Shown: positions 31,720 through 43,249, numbered from the stretch's first letter. The stretch is DNA of 43,328 bases from Chthoniobacteraceae bacterium (GCA_037190965.1 JBBCKI010000056.1:1-43328); one strand, 5' to 3'. Translations and numbers: made by a program. Notes: a model not told the origin generated them from the sequence alone.

Positions 31720-33057
31720 ATGAAGGTGCTGAAAAAGATCAAGGCGATCAGGAGGATCGCATTCGCTTCATTGCTCGGGGCGTCGATGGCCGGTTCTCTT
31801 GCCTTTGCGGAAGGGGTGACTCCTTTGCCGCTGGACGCCAGCATCGCTCCCGACACTTTGTGGGAGACGTCGGGAGATCAATTTGTGGAAGCCGGTAAGG
31901 AACTGGGCTTCCGGTGGATCTCCAACGCGAAGGACACCGCGCAAACCACCCGGAAGGGGGCGACTCTCTTTGGGCTGCCGGTTTGCCAAACGCTCGTGAG
32001 GGTAAAGGACGGAAAGGTGGATCACGTCACCGCGCTTTTTTACAATCGCGGCGATAGCGGCGAGATCAAAAAGGCGGATTATGACGCGCTGATTGCCAAC
32101 GTGATCGAGGCGATTAACGTTGCCACCGAAACGAAAGGAGTTTCACGCGGCAAAGACGCCTCCAGCGCGGTTAAGGCCGAGGGTATTATTTGGAATACGC
32201 CGAAAGCGACCTACCTTCTGGAGTCGTCATTCACCCGCGAGGCGAATGGCCAGGGGATACCTTTCCGAGGCGAATTTGTGCGCCTGGAGATCACTCCGCG
32301 CGAGCAGCCCAAGTCGATCCTCGCCGAAGCGCAGGCCGCCCGGGAAAAGGCGGCACCGTTTCGGGGGGCGGATCATGTGACCCGCGACACGGCGAATGGA
32401 GATGTCGCCATTAAGGACATCCCGATGGTCGACCAAGGGCAGAAAGGGTATTGCGTCGTTGCCAGCGCCGAACGGGTATTCCGTTATTATGGCGTGCGCG
32501 TGGACGCCAACGAACTTGCCCAACTGGCCAACAGCTCCGCCAGCGAGGGAACCAGCACTTCCGCGATGACCGAATCGCTCAAGAAGCTAACCGCGCGGCT
32601 CAGGATCCGCGTTCGTACGCAGATGGAGTTCGATTACAACAGCTTCGTCGCTCTCGTTAGTGAGTACAACCGGGTGGCCAAGCGCGCGAAGGAGGACAGT
32701 ATCTCAGTCCCCGGCGGCAGAGTCGATATATCCGATATTTACGCGCGCATGAAACCCGACATCCTCCGCGAAGCGCGCAACAAGAGCAAAGGGGCCTTCA
32801 CCACTTTCGAGCGCCACGTCAAAACGAATATCGACAAAGGGGTGCCTGTGCTCTGGTCCGTCATGCTGGGGGTGGTCCCCGAGGGAGAAAAAAAGCAATC
32901 CACCGGCGGGCACATGCGCCTTATCATTGGCTATAACGACAAGAACCAGGAGATCATCTACTCGGATTCGTGGGGGAACGGCCATGAATTCAAACGGATG
33001 CCCAAGGCCGATGCCTGGGCGATCACGACGAACATGGCAACGGTGGAGCCGTTGTAA
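31720..33057 (+). CDS. Exported protein with C-terminal C39-like (papain-fold) peptidase domain
   Basis: Signal peptide; IPMVDQGQKGYCVVAS, GGHMRLIIGYN, IIYSDSWG (Q-C-H-D). Confidence 0.8.
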   Translation: MKVLKKIKAIRRIAFASLLGASMAGSLAFAEGVTPLPLDASIAPDTLWETSGDQFVEAGKELGFRWISNAKDTAQTTRKGATLFGLPVCQTLVRVKDGKVDHVTALFYNRGDSGEIKKADYDALIANVIEAINVATETKGVSRGKDASSAVKAEGIIWNTPKATYLLESSFTREANGQGIPFRGEFVRLEITPREQPKSILAEAQAAREKAAPFRGADHVTRDTANGDVAIKDIPMVDQGQKGYCVVASAERVFRYYGVRVDANELAQLANSSASEGTSTSAMTESLKKLTARLRIRVRTQMEFDYNSFVALVSEYNRVAKRAKEDSISVPGGRVDISDIYARMKPDILREARNKSKGAFTTFERHVKTNIDKGVPVLWSVMLGVVPEGEKKQSTGGHMRLIIGYNDKNQEIIYSDSWGNGHEFKRMPKADAWAITTNMATVEPL

Positions 33058-33126
33058 GCGCCTACCTAGTCAACCGCAGTTAACTCAAGGGGCTTGGCTC
33101 TTTCATGGGACGACGTGAGCCCGCGA

Positions 33127-33289
33127 GGTAGCCCGCTCGCGCCGTCGAGCGCGGGATGGGCGAAGAGTCGCGTTTGACGTTTATCCTTGCAGGATGGGCT
33201 GCTGGGGATTGGGATGCGACCCCCATGAATCCACGGAGGCCGATACCCGCGCTCGACGGCGCGAGCGGGCTACCAGTGCTACCGCACCA
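33127..33289 (+). repeat. REPIN-like copy 7
   Basis: Core 33127-33274, diverged cap to 33289; between convergent genes. Confidence 0.95.
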
Positions 33290-33320
33290 GTCTTCATCCC
33301 GCGCGGGTTGCCGCAGGCTC

Positions 33321-35672
33321 TTACTTCTTGTTCATCGCAGCGGTGAACCAGTCGAAACCGCCTCCTCCACCGCCGCCTGAATTGCGGTTCTGGCTGCCCG
33401 GGCGATTGCCACCCTGCTGGGGCCGTCCACCGCCGCCGGGGCGGGGGCCTCCTCCTCCGGATGAGCGCGTGGTCATGTCGGGCTTGCTCTTCATCGAGAG
33501 GGCGATACGGCTGCGTTCCAAGTCAACCTCCAGCACCGTCACGGTCACCTTCTGCTGCACTTTGACGACATCGGCCGGGTCTTTCACGAAGTTGTCGGAA
33601 AGCTGGCTGACGTGAATAAGGCCGTCCTGGTGGACGCCAATATCCACAAACGCGCCGAATGCCGCCACGTTGGTGACAATGCCCGGAAGCTTCATGCCGA
33701 CCTGGAGATCGCTGATCTTGTTGACCCCTTCGGTAAACGAGAACGCCTCGAACTGCTGGCGCGGGTCGCGGCCCGGTTTGGCAAGTTCGCTCAGAATGTC
33801 GTTGAGTGTGGGGAGGCCGACTTTGTCGGAGACGTATTTCTGAAGGACGATCTTCTTGCGGAGGAGTTCGTTTTTGATGAGATCCTGCACGGAGCAGCCA
33901 AGGTCCTGCGCCATGGTATCGACGATCGGGTAACTCTCCGGGTGCACCGCGCTGGTGTCGAGCGGGTTTGACGCGTCGCGGATGCGGAGAAAGCCCGCCG
34001 CCTGTTCGAACGCCTTCGGCCCGAGGCGCGGAACTTTGAGGAGATCCTGCCGCGATTTGAAAGCGCCGTTCTCGTTGCGGTAGGCGACGATGTTTTCGGC
34101 GATGCCCGGCCCGATGCCGGAGACATAGGCGAGGAGCTGCTTGGAGGCGGTGTTGAGTTCCACGCCGACGCGGTTCACCGAACTGATGACCACGTCGTCG
34201 AGGCTCTTCTTGAGCGCCGTTTGATCCACGTCGTGCTGGTATTGGCCGACGCCGATCGATTTCGGGTCGATCTTCACGAGTTCCGCCAGCGGGTCCATGA
34301 GGCGGCGGCCAATGGAAACCGCGCCGCGCACGGTGATGTCGTGGTCGGGGAATTCCTCGCGGGCCACCTCGGAGGCCGAGTAGATCGACGCGCCGCTTTC
34401 GTTGACCATGACGATCGGCATGGCTGCCGGAAGGTTCAGCTTGCGGACGAAGGCTTCGGTTTCGCGCCCCGCCGTGCCGTTGCCGATGGCGACGGCTTCC
34501 ACTTTGAAGTGCTTGACGAAGGCGAGCACCTTTTCCGCCGCGTCGGCGGCGGAGCGGTTTCCCTGCTCGGGGTAGATGACGTCGTTGTGGAGGAGCTTGC
34601 CCTGAGCGTCGAGCAACACCACCTTGCAACCGGTACGGAAGCCGGGGTCGATGGCGAGGACCGTCCTTTGCCCGAGCGGCGAACTGAGCAGCAACTCGCG
34701 GAGGTTATCCGCAAAGACGCGGATGGCCTCTTCGTCGGCGCGGCGCTTGAGTTCAAGACGCATCTCCGTCTCCATGGCCGGGCCGAGGAGGCGCTTGTAG
34801 CTTTCCTGAACCGCGAGACGAACTTGGTTGGAGGCTGGGGTGCTGCCTTTGACATAAATCGGCTCCAGCGTGCCAAGGGCGGAGACTTCCGACGGATGCA
34901 CGCGCATCATCAGGAATCCTTCCTTTTCCCCACGGCGAACGGCGAGAATCCGGTGCGAGGGAGCCTTGGAGGCCGGCTCGCTCCAGTCGAAATAGTCTTT
35001 GAACTTCGCGCCTTCGGTCTCCTTGCCGGGGAAAACCTTGGAGATCATGGTCGATTCGCTCTGGTAGACGGCGCGGAGCTTGGCGCGGGCATCCTTGTCG
35101 TCGTTGAAACGCTCCGCGAGGATGTCGCGCGCTCCTGCGAGCGCCTGTTCGACCGTGGCCAGCAGCGGCTCCACGGGCGGCTGCGCGGCTTTGGCGGCTT
35201 CGAAGAACGGCGTGGCGGCCTGCACCGGATTGATGTCGGCGGCTTGCGTAAAGAGGAGATCGGCCAGAGGCTCCAGCCCCTGCTCCCTGGCGACCGTGGC
35301 GCGGGTGCGCTTTTTCGGACGGTAGGGGAGGTAGATGTCTTCTAGCGCGGTGAGGGTCTCCGCCCCGGCGATGGCTTTCTTGAGGTCGTCGGTGAGGAGC
35401 TTGCGTTCCTCCAGCGATTTGACGATCGAATCGCGGCGGCCATCGAGTTCCACGAGTTTCTCCATCCGGTCGCGAATGGCGGTGATCGCCACTTCATCAA
35501 GGCTGCCGGTGACTTCCTTGCGGTAACGGGCGATAAACGGAACCGTGGCTCCCTCCTTGAAGAGGAGCGCCGTCGCCATGACCTGACGCGGTTGCAGCGA
35601 AAGCTCGCGGGTGATGGTGTCGAGGTGCTTCTGGGAAAGCGGAGCGGCGGCGGGGAGGGTCGTGGTATCCAT
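33321..35672 (-). CDS. tex: Tex/YhgF RNA-binding transcription accessory protein
   Basis: GATVPFIARYRKE, LAIDPGFRTGCK, NESGASIYSAS, HhH, C-terminal S1 domain. Confidence 0.96.
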   Translation of the reverse strand: MDTTTLPAAAPLSQKHLDTITRELSLQPRQVMATALLFKEGATVPFIARYRKEVTGSLDEVAITAIRDRMEKLVELDGRRDSIVKSLEERKLLTDDLKKAIAGAETLTALEDIYLPYRPKKRTRATVAREQGLEPLADLLFTQAADINPVQAATPFFEAAKAAQPPVEPLLATVEQALAGARDILAERFNDDKDARAKLRAVYQSESTMISKVFPGKETEGAKFKDYFDWSEPASKAPSHRILAVRRGEKEGFLMMRVHPSEVSALGTLEPIYVKGSTPASNQVRLAVQESYKRLLGPAMETEMRLELKRRADEEAIRVFADNLRELLLSSPLGQRTVLAIDPGFRTGCKVVLLDAQGKLLHNDVIYPEQGNRSAADAAEKVLAFVKHFKVEAVAIGNGTAGRETEAFVRKLNLPAAMPIVMVNESGASIYSASEVAREEFPDHDITVRGAVSIGRRLMDPLAELVKIDPKSIGVGQYQHDVDQTALKKSLDDVVISSVNRVGVELNTASKQLLAYVSGIGPGIAENIVAYRNENGAFKSRQDLLKVPRLGPKAFEQAAGFLRIRDASNPLDTSAVHPESYPIVDTMAQDLGCSVQDLIKNELLRKKIVLQKYVSDKVGLPTLNDILSELAKPGRDPRQQFEAFSFTEGVNKISDLQVGMKLPGIVTNVAAFGAFVDIGVHQDGLIHVSQLSDNFVKDPADVVKVQQKVTVTVLEVDLERSRIALSMKSKPDMTTRSSGGGGPRPGGGGRPQQGGNRPGSQNRNSGGGGGGGFDWFTAAMNKK

Positions 35673-35738
35673 TCAGTGGTGGAGCGGCGTCTTTTACACC
35701 ACAGGGGGTTGTGGGTTCAACCCGAAATCCCAAAAGCC

Positions 35739-35897
35739 GGTGCGGCAGTACCGGTAGCCCGCTCGCGCCGTCGAGCGCGGGTATCGGCTCCCGTGACTTC
35801 ATGAGGCCGCATCCCCATACCGGCAGCCTGTCCTGTGGGGATGGACGCCAAATGCGACTCTCCACCCATCCCGCGCTCGCGGCGCGAGCGGGCTACC
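35739..35897 (-). repeat. REPIN-like copy 8
   Basis: Cap 35739-35752, core 35753-35897; between divergent tex and prmC. Confidence 0.95.
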
Positions 35898-35999
35898 ACT
35901 GAGGTTCAAGCGGGAGGGCGTACGCGCGATGCCCGGGCTGGAACTCCAAAATCACAACTTCGCGTTGCGTTCCTTCGCGCGCGCGCCTATTTCAAACGG

Positions 36000-36854
36000 A
36001 TGAAAACCGTGCTCGAAGTGCTTAACGCGACGAAGGATTACTTCGCCAAGCATGGCGTGGAGAGCCCGCGTCTCAATGCGGAGCACCTCATCGCGCACGC
36101 GTTGGGGATGAAACGGCTCGATCTTTATCTGGAGTTCGACCGCCCCCTCGGCGAGCGGGAACTCGAACCGCTGCGGGAGAAGGTGCGCCAGCGGGCGACG
36201 GGGGTGCCGCTTCAACATCTTCTCGGGACAGTGGAGTTTCATGGCCGGGAGTTTCTCACCGATGCGCGCGGTCTCATTCCACGGCCCGAAACCGAATTAC
36301 TGATGGAACTCGTTTTGCGCGAGCCGCTACCGGAAAATCCCCGTGTGCTGGATGTGGGAACCGGCAGCGGGGTGATCGCGTTGACTCTCGCGGCGGAACT
36401 GCCCGGCGCGCGAGTGGAGGCCGTGGACGTTTCGCCCGAGGCGCTCAGCCTTGCCGGGGAAAACGCGGCACGGCTCGGCCTTGCGGAGCGGGTGCATTTT
36501 TTGCAAAGCGATCTGCTTTCTGGCGTGGAAGGCGCTTACGACCTGATCGTGGCCAATCTTCCTTACATCGCGGCGGATGAGATCGCCTCGCTTTCGCGCG
36601 AGGTGCAGCATGACCCGCGCCTTGCCCTCGACGGCGGCGTCGTGGGAAGCGAGATCATTGAGCGGCTGATTACGCAGATCCGGGAGGGCGGACGCCTTAA
36701 AGCGGGCGAGTCCGGCGGTCTCCTTGTGCTGGAGATCGGTCATGACCAGTCGGCCCGTCTCGCCGCCGAACTGGAACGGCAGAATTATCGGGACATTCGC
36801 CCCGTGGCCGATTATCAAGGCGCGCTTCGTTTTCTGTTCGCAAAGTATGGATAA
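36000..36854 (+). CDS. prmC: Release factor glutamine methyltransferase PrmC/HemK
   Basis: GVPLQHLLG, LIPRPETE, LDVGTGSG, ANLPY, ALDGG, LEIG. Confidence 0.93.
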   Translation: MKTVLEVLNATKDYFAKHGVESPRLNAEHLIAHALGMKRLDLYLEFDRPLGERELEPLREKVRQRATGVPLQHLLGTVEFHGREFLTDARGLIPRPETELLMELVLREPLPENPRVLDVGTGSGVIALTLAAELPGARVEAVDVSPEALSLAGENAARLGLAERVHFLQSDLLSGVEGAYDLIVANLPYIAADEIASLSREVQHDPRLALDGGVVGSEIIERLITQIREGGRLKAGESGGLLVLEIGHDQSARLAAELERQNYRDIRPVADYQGALRFLFAKYG

Positions 36855-38109
36855 AATTCTGGTGCATGGGGGTCATAACCTCAACGGCTCGGTTCGGATC
36901 AGCGGTTCCAAGAACTCCGCGCTTCCGATTCTTGCCGCCTGCCTGCTCACCAAGGAACCGTGCGTCATCAAGCACGTTCCGGACCTGAGCGACGTTCACT
37001 ATATGCTCCAGATCCTGAGCCACCTCGGCGCGGAAGTGGAGCGGGCCAGTGGCACCGTCACCATCCGGGCCGAAAAGGTAAAGACCATCGCACCTTACGA
37101 GATCGTCCGCAAAATGCGCGCGTCGGTCTGCGTGCTCGGGCCTTTGCTCGGGCGCGAGAAAGAGGCGACGGTTTCCCTGCCCGGGGGGTGCGTCATCGGC
37201 GACCGCCCGATCGATATTCATCTGCGCGGCTTCGAGACGCTCGGTGCGGCGGTTCGCGTGGAGGCAGGCAACGTCAAAGTTTTTGCGGCGGCGCTCAACG
37301 GCCGCACCATTGACCTCGGGGGAAAATTTGGTTCCACCGTCCTCGGCACCGACAACGTGATGATGGCGGCAGTGCTCGCCAACGGAACGACCGTGATCGA
37401 AAACGCGGCGGCAGAGCCCGAGGTGGTCGATCTTGCCAATTTTCTGAACGCCATGGGCGCGAAGATCGAAGGCGCGGGCACGCGGCGGATCGTCATCGAG
37501 GGGGTCAAGGAACTCTCCGGGGCGGAGCACTCCGTGATTCCCGACCGGATCGAGGCGGGGACTTTTCTCGTGGCCGCCGCAATCGCGGGCAATCGCGTCA
37601 CGCTGCGCCGTGTGGTGCCCGAGCATCTTCTGGCTGTCACCGACTGTCTGCGCACGGCGGGGTTTGGCATTGAATCAACCCGCGACACGTTGACGGTCAT
37701 TGGCAACGGAGGGCCGCAACCCCTGACTCTCAGGACGGAGCCGTACCCCGGTTTTCCCACCGATATGCAGGCGCAAATGTGCGCGTTGCTGTGCAGTCGC
37801 ACCAAGGGGACGAGTTTCATTACCGAGGCGATCTTCCCGCAGCGATTCATGCACGTCTCCGAACTCAAGCGGATGGGCGCGCAGATCTCGCTGGAGGGAG
37901 CGACCGCCCGGATCGACGGCGTGGAGTGTCTGAGCGCCGCGCCGGTGATGGCGAGCGACCTCCGGGCCTCCGCCGCGCTCGTGCTTGCCGGGCTGAGGGC
38001 CGACGGCATCACCGAGGTAAACCGCGTCTATCACATTGACCGGGGCTACGAGTCGATTGACGAGAAGCTCAACGGCCTGGGCGCGCAGATCGAGCGGGTG
38101 AAGGCGTAG
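36847..38109 (+). CDS. murA: UDP-N-acetylglucosamine 1-carboxyvinyltransferase
   Basis: SGSKNSALP, RASV, PGGCVIGDRP, PDRIEAGT, PGFPTDMQ, HIDRGY; 8-nt overlap with prmC. Confidence 0.98.
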   Translation: MDKILVHGGHNLNGSVRISGSKNSALPILAACLLTKEPCVIKHVPDLSDVHYMLQILSHLGAEVERASGTVTIRAEKVKTIAPYEIVRKMRASVCVLGPLLGREKEATVSLPGGCVIGDRPIDIHLRGFETLGAAVRVEAGNVKVFAAALNGRTIDLGGKFGSTVLGTDNVMMAAVLANGTTVIENAAAEPEVVDLANFLNAMGAKIEGAGTRRIVIEGVKELSGAEHSVIPDRIEAGTFLVAAAIAGNRVTLRRVVPEHLLAVTDCLRTAGFGIESTRDTLTVIGNGGPQPLTLRTEPYPGFPTDMQAQMCALLCSRTKGTSFITEAIFPQRFMHVSELKRMGAQISLEGATARIDGVECLSAAPVMASDLRASAALVLAGLRADGITEVNRVYHIDRGYESIDEKLNGLGAQIERVKA

Positions 38110-38233
38110 GGTTGCGCCTTATTGATTGCGACTCCATCGTCGCAATCCGAAGGGGAAACATCGAAATACGATGCCCGTTCCCCATTCCGGATTTCCTCGT
38201 TTTTGCAAGGGTCTCCAGTAAATTGTGGGTCCG

Positions 38234-39280
38234 ATGTTTACGAGCCGCCATTTTAAGCCTGGAAGCGCTCCCGCAACGCTGATTCCTCGAGGAGACACTC
38301 CGCCGCTTATCACGCTCATTCAGTACGACGCCGAAACCTACGAGGAACATCGGGTTGAGCGGATCGAGGAAGTCTTCGCCTGTCGCGATAACTCCAAGGT
38401 GAGTTGGATCAATATCGACGGATTGAGTGATGTAGAAATGCTGAGCCAATTGGGCAAGCATTTCGGACTTCATCCGCTCGCCCTCGAAGACGTGTTGCAC
38501 ACTCCGCAACGCCCAAAAATTGAGGCCTTCGAGAATCATTTTTTCGTGGTGATGGAGATGGCTTATGCCGACGGGCCTTTCAACGTCATCTTCGAGCAAA
38601 TCAGCATTTTCTTCGGCGCAAACTTCCTGATTACGATTCAGGAGGAAGCGTTGCATGACGTCTTCGATCCCGTGCGGGTCCGGCTTCGCAATGGCAGGGG
38701 ATATGCACGGACGCGTGGGCACGATTACCTCGCCTATTCGTTGATTGATGCGGGCGTGGACCACTTTTTTCCGGTGCTCGAACTGCTTGGCGACGCGGTC
38801 GAAGAACTTGAAGACGAACTGCTCGAACACCCCTCGCGGGAATCCCTGATCAAGCTGCAAGAGCTGAAGCGCGCCTTGCTCTTTCTGCGCCGGAATGCCT
38901 GGCCGGTGCGCGAGCTGGTCACCTCCTTAACCCGTGACGAATCGGGCTTGATCAAGCCGGAAACCAAGATCTTCCTGCGCGATTGTTACGATCATACCAT
39001 TCAGATCATGGATGTGATCGAGGGATATCGCGATATCGCCACCGGGATGATGGATATCTATCTTTCAAGTCTAGGCATGCGAACCAATGAAGTGATGCGC
39101 GTGCTGACCGTGGTGAGCACGATCTTCATTCCGCTCACCTTCATTGTCGGTCTTTACGGAATGAATTTTGAATACATGCCGGAACTTAAAACGCGCTATG
39201 GCTATCCTGTCACGGTGGGCGTCATGGTCCTTCTTGCCATCGGGATGCTGGCTGTTTTTCGGAAAAAGAAATGGTTGTGA
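38234..39280 (+). CDS. corA: Magnesium/cobalt transporter CorA
   Basis: HPLALED, QRPK, YGMNF..MPEL, two C-terminal TM helices. Confidence 0.95.
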   Translation: MFTSRHFKPGSAPATLIPRGDTPPLITLIQYDAETYEEHRVERIEEVFACRDNSKVSWINIDGLSDVEMLSQLGKHFGLHPLALEDVLHTPQRPKIEAFENHFFVVMEMAYADGPFNVIFEQISIFFGANFLITIQEEALHDVFDPVRVRLRNGRGYARTRGHDYLAYSLIDAGVDHFFPVLELLGDAVEELEDELLEHPSRESLIKLQELKRALLFLRRNAWPVRELVTSLTRDESGLIKPETKIFLRDCYDHTIQIMDVIEGYRDIATGMMDIYLSSLGMRTNEVMRVLTVVSTIFIPLTFIVGLYGMNFEYMPELKTRYGYPVTVGVMVLLAIGMLAVFRKKKWL

Positions 39281-39300
39281 AGGGGGAAACCCTAATTCAC

Positions 39301-39333
39301 AAAAAGAGCCGCCCCCGAAATCGAGGGCGGCTT
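39301..39333 (-). terminator. Intrinsic terminator for ahpC
   Basis: Minus strand agccgccctcgatttcgggggcggct GC-rich hairpin followed by cttttt; between convergent corA and ahpC. Confidence 0.75.
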
Positions 39334-39359
39334 GAAAGCGGGAGATCGAGATCTTCGCT

Positions 39360-39989
39360 CTAGTTCCGCGAGAGGTAAGCGGCGACTCCTTCGAAGTCGG
39401 CCTTCATTCCTTCTTTCCCCGCGGCCCAGTTGGCGGGGCAGACTTCGCCGTGCTGCTCGAAGAATTGAAGCGCGTCGATAATGCGGAGCGTCTCTTCCAC
39501 ACTGCGGCCCAGCGGGAGGTCGTTGACGAGTTGATGGCGGACAACGCCTTCGCGGTCGATCAGGAAGAGGCCACGGAAGGCGATCAGTTCGCTCGTCGCC
39601 GTCAGGTTGCCTTCTTCATCCACGCCGTATTCGCCATTGAGCACTCCGTAGGCGGAAGCGATGGTTTTGTTGGTGTCGGCAACCAGCGGGTACTCCACGC
39701 CGCCGATACCGCCCCGCTCTTTCGGAAGCTGCAGCCAGCCCCAGTGGGACTCGGCGGTGTCGGTGGAGGCGCCGATGACTTCGACGTTCCGCTTGTGAAA
39801 TTCGCTCAGCTTTTCCTGGAACGCGTGAAGCTCGGTGGGGCAGACAAAGGTGAAATCTTTCGGGTAGAAGAAAAGAACAACGTACTTTTTGTCCCGGAAC
39901 TGCTTGAGCGTGAAGTTCTCCACGATCCGTCCTTTAACGACGGCGCTGGCACTGAAATCCGGGGCTTTTTTTCCGACAAGAACGGGCAT
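39360..39989 (-). CDS. ahpC: 2-Cys peroxiredoxin (AhpC/Prx1)
   Basis: FFYPKDFTFVCPTE and GEVCPANW. Confidence 0.93.
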   Translation of the reverse strand: MPVLVGKKAPDFSASAVVKGRIVENFTLKQFRDKKYVVLFFYPKDFTFVCPTELHAFQEKLSEFHKRNVEVIGASTDTAESHWGWLQLPKERGGIGGVEYPLVADTNKTIASAYGVLNGEYGVDEEGNLTATSELIAFRGLFLIDREGVVRHQLVNDLPLGRSVEETLRIIDALQFFEQHGEVCPANWAAGKEGMKADFEGVAAYLSRN

Positions 39990-40126
39990 AAGTCTTTTGA
40001 GATGGGATGTTTTGGTTCACATGCCCTGGGGAGACAGGGGCCGTTAGTAACTTCCCTGCCGGGATCGTGCAATCCTAAAACTGAAACCTGAACCGGATGA
40101 GGGTGCCCGATTTGGAGAACCGGCGA

Positions 40127-40283
40127 GGTAGCCCGCTCTCGCCGAGAGCGCGGGATGAGTGAGGAGTCGCGTTTGGCATCCATCCCCGCCGGATGGGCTG
40201 CGATGGTTGGGACGCAGCCTTTATGAAGCCATGGAGTCGATGCCCGCGCTCGACGGCGCGAGCGGGCTACGGTGCTCCCGCAC
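40127..40283 (+). repeat. REPIN-like copy 9
   Basis: Core 40127-40270 with compensatory arm cgctctc-gcc-gagagcg; degenerate cap. Confidence 0.93.
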
Positions 40284-40295
40284 TCATTAAACGGG

Positions 40296-40967
40296 CTAAA
40301 ACCGGAAGTCGCCCAAACGTTGCTTCCAGTCCGTGAGCGAAGGAAGGCTGACCGGAATCTCGTTGTGCCCTTTATAGGTGAGGTTCCCGAGGATGCCGAA
40401 GAGAAGGAAATCGGCATAGACCGGTTCGTCACCGAGGAGGAAAGGGGTGCTCGAGAGCATCTTTTCGTAAGGGGTCAGAACTTTGAGCGCGGCTTCCATC
40501 AGCGCGGGGCGTTCCGCGCCGCGCCACTGCTCCACGCAACCCCGGCCAAACTTGCGCTCCTTGTGACGGATGATCATCGTCCTTTCCTGCGCGTCTTTGA
40601 CGGAATCGATGTAAAACGGATCGCTCAGCCGGAAGGTGATGCCCTCGACTTCGTTCTCCAAATGCTGGATGACGAGGCTTTGCAACCCCTCTAGCCGAAG
40701 CGGGAAGAGGCGGCCGTCCGCGTAATGCTCGTCGAGATAACGGGCGACGTCCTGGCTTTCCGGCGTGGATTCGTAGATCACACGCCTGCCGTCGGTTTCA
40801 TCCACCAGCACCGGCACCTGATAGTAAGCGCCCCCGGTCAGTTCGATGATCTCGCGGCGATCGCCATTATTGACATTGACGGTTTCAAACGGCACCCCCA
40901 GGGAGCGAAGGAGGGTGGTGACGGGGATGCAGAAGGGGCTGTGTTCGAGCTGATAAACGGTAATCAT
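40296..40967 (-). CDS. Glutathione S-transferase-like protein
   Basis: YQLEHSPFC, QVPVL, FLLGDEPVYADF; ATGA overlap with the upstream gene. Confidence 0.8.
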   Translation of the reverse strand: MITVYQLEHSPFCIPVTTLLRSLGVPFETVNVNNGDRREIIELTGGAYYQVPVLVDETDGRRVIYESTPESQDVARYLDEHYADGRLFPLRLEGLQSLVIQHLENEVEGITFRLSDPFYIDSVKDAQERTMIIRHKERKFGRGCVEQWRGAERPALMEAALKVLTPYEKMLSSTPFLLGDEPVYADFLLFGILGNLTYKGHNEIPVSLPSLTDWKQRLGDFRF

Positions 40968-41728
40968 ATCGTCGAAATCTCCGTGAGCGTTCTGTGGACG
41001 CATTCGTCCAACAGCGCCATTTGTACACGAACGCGCAGGTCGAGTGCAAACTCGCTCGGAGTTTCGATGGTAAAGGTCCGCTTCGAGTGGTTCTTGTGAA
41101 GGTAAAGCGCCTCGGGGATCATCGGGAACCGGCGCAGGTTGAGCTTTCGCCGTACCAGCCCGGCCTTCGAGGCCCGCCGCCCGTCGATCGTGGTGCGGCC
41201 TTCGATGGGAATCATGGAGCGGACCCGATCCAGCAGCGCTTCGCCCCAGAAGGGCGTGGCCCGCTCGATCTCGTAGAGGTAAAGCCCCTGGCCGTCGTAG
41301 TCTTCGTGCAACGTCATCGAAAGCGCGAAACGATACGGCTGGATAAGCGCTTTTAATGCCTGAATCTGCGGCACTTCGTCGTGATGAAAGGTGCGGTTGA
41401 GATCACGGCCTTGCTCGTCGAGCCGGGAGTTGTTGACGAGGCCCCAGGGGTTGAGGCACGGGAAGATGACGAACGGGAGATTCCGCAGAATGCCCGGGTT
41501 TTCCTCCGCCCAGCGGAGCAGTCCCTCCGTGGCGGCCGGTTCGTCGCCGTGGATCCCTGCGGAGAGATAAACGCCCCCTTCCGGTGAGCGCCGGGAGGCG
41601 AGCACGAACAATTCATGTCCGCTGGCTTCGGCAAACGGGCGCAGGGTCAAACCCGCCGCGCGGGCTGCCTTGCGCCAGCGCTGGATGAGGAATTTGTAAT
41701 CGTGACAACGGAACAGCGTCGAATCCAT
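40964..41728 (-). CDS. M14-family zinc carboxypeptidase/amidase
   Basis: AGIHGDE, NPWG, RDLNR, LHED, IETPS. Confidence 0.85.
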   Translation of the reverse strand: MDSTLFRCHDYKFLIQRWRKAARAAGLTLRPFAEASGHELFVLASRRSPEGGVYLSAGIHGDEPAATEGLLRWAEENPGILRNLPFVIFPCLNPWGLVNNSRLDEQGRDLNRTFHHDEVPQIQALKALIQPYRFALSMTLHEDYDGQGLYLYEIERATPFWGEALLDRVRSMIPIEGRTTIDGRRASKAGLVRRKLNLRRFPMIPEALYLHKNHSKRTFTIETPSEFALDLRVRVQMALLDECVHRTLTEISTI

Positions 41729-41759
41729 GGCAATCGCCTTCCTGACCTCACTTTTGCTT

Positions 41760-43145
<1,386 letters not shown>

Positions 43146-43249
43146 GCTGGGAGCATGAAAGCGCAGGTTGGGGGAAAGCGCTAGAGGAAAACCGGAAAGC
43201 GGAGAGTGGAAAGGGGAGAAGAAGAAATAGAGGGCTTATGGCCAAAGGC

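Noticed and set aside
35711..35999. Small ORFs and extensions with recurring peptides such as HPALAARAGY, IPALDGASGLP and IPRSRRERAT
   Set aside because: They are translations of the REPIN sequence; the same applies to the extension at 31534-31719 and ORFs such as 33156-33380
36847..38109. Fosfomycin-resistant MurA variant
   Set aside because: Active-site Cys is retained (PGGCVIG)
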